A DNA stretch of 63,943 nt, counting the filler, from Octopus bimaculoides (Eukaryota): the NCBI RefSeq assembly GCF_001194135.2. It is 5 parts of 5 records of this genome, joined end to end, with 100 filler letters (N's around TTAATTAATTAA, not from the genome) between each part and the next. Parts side by side here need not be neighbours in the genome. Positions count along the whole stretch, not along the records: positions 62,740 to 63,943 come from NW_026338520.1; 4 more parts are not named here. One strand, written 5' to 3'. Of the stretch, positions 63,268 to 63,943 are shown piece by piece. The notes below the pieces were generated by a model. That model had not been told where the DNA came from. It saw only the letters and a list, made by a program, of their open reading frames with translations, and ran no database searches. Within the stretch, counting starts at the first letter, position 1. Every line of letters starts with the position of its first letter. The position numbers were made by a program, and so were the translations under genes.

Positions 63268-63943
63268 AGGACGGAAGGGTAACAGCGTAAAAATAATTGA
63301 AGATAGAATGAAACAAAAATGAAGCCAAAACATTAAGAATTATTGAAAGTGGGCAGAAAAAACACTGCGTAGTCTGTAGAAAGTTGAATGTGATTTCGGA
63401 ATATAACGAGGAAAAATTCGGATCTTGTGACTTTTCCGAAGTCCTCTCCCCTCCTCCTTAGAAAAGATTTTCCCCCAAAATTTCTTTATTATCGTAATGT
63501 ATGCCGTTTGAAAGGTATTTCTATAAAATTTCATTGAAAATAAACTCCATTTTCCTGAAAGTTACGAGGGAAAAGCTCGGATCTTGTGAATTTTCCAAAG
63601 TCCTCTCTCCACCCACCCGTTGCTTTGCACCCATTTGTTTTCATATTCGTTTCCTACACATTGTCTTACACCCATTCCAGTATATATTTTGGATTTTCAT
63701 TTCCGGGTCAAGATAACATGAAAATTTAATGGACAAGCATTCAATGTCTATAGATGTGGTTTGAGTCCCATAGGTAGCCTTCAACGTTTTCGGCCAATAT
63801 TTACATATGTATAACTCAATATTTACATATTGTGTATAGCTTAATATGTACTTCAAGAACCAATTCCCCAAAAGAATTATAGGCAAGACTTCCGCCCGTC
63901 ACCCCCAAAAAACCACCCTTAAAAATTTTTATTTTTTCGACAC

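Overview
AT-rich, microsatellite-laden, gappy eukaryotic genomic DNA. It is most consistent with an octopod cephalopod draft assembly; this is inferred from the repeat families and SSR density, not from a database match. Four identical 100-bp artificial spacers (44 N + TTAATTAATTAA + 44 N) split the window into five blocks whose adjacency is unproven. One host gene is supported: a + strand SLC16/monocarboxylate-transporter (MFS) gene with 8 coding exons (51062-59552). All introns are GT-AG and phase-compatible, giving 1563 nt = 520 aa. It has a candidate CCAAT/CRE/TATA promoter and a non-coding first exon near 50230-50364. The rest is transposon debris: three tRNA-derived SINE families, six C-terminal remnants of R4/Dong-like RLE non-LTR retrotransposons tied to (TAA)n tracts, a HERO-like RLE remnant, a CR1-clade RT remnant, an apparently complete non-autonomous Helitron, a Tigger/pogo end and two long fold-back palindromes. 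The most interesting signal lies in the 3' UTR of the HERO-like element (42100-42200, minus strand). It carries all hammerhead-ribozyme core motifs (GUC cleavage triplet, GAAAC, CUGAUGA, correct stems I and III) in a non-circularly permuted order, though stem II is imperfect. The transporter also has an acidic residue (E386) where SLC16 TM8 usually carries Arg/Lys, plus a possibly compensating Arg in TM10. Repeat boundaries are estimated by eye (about +/-10-20 bp); exon coordinates were counted base by base.
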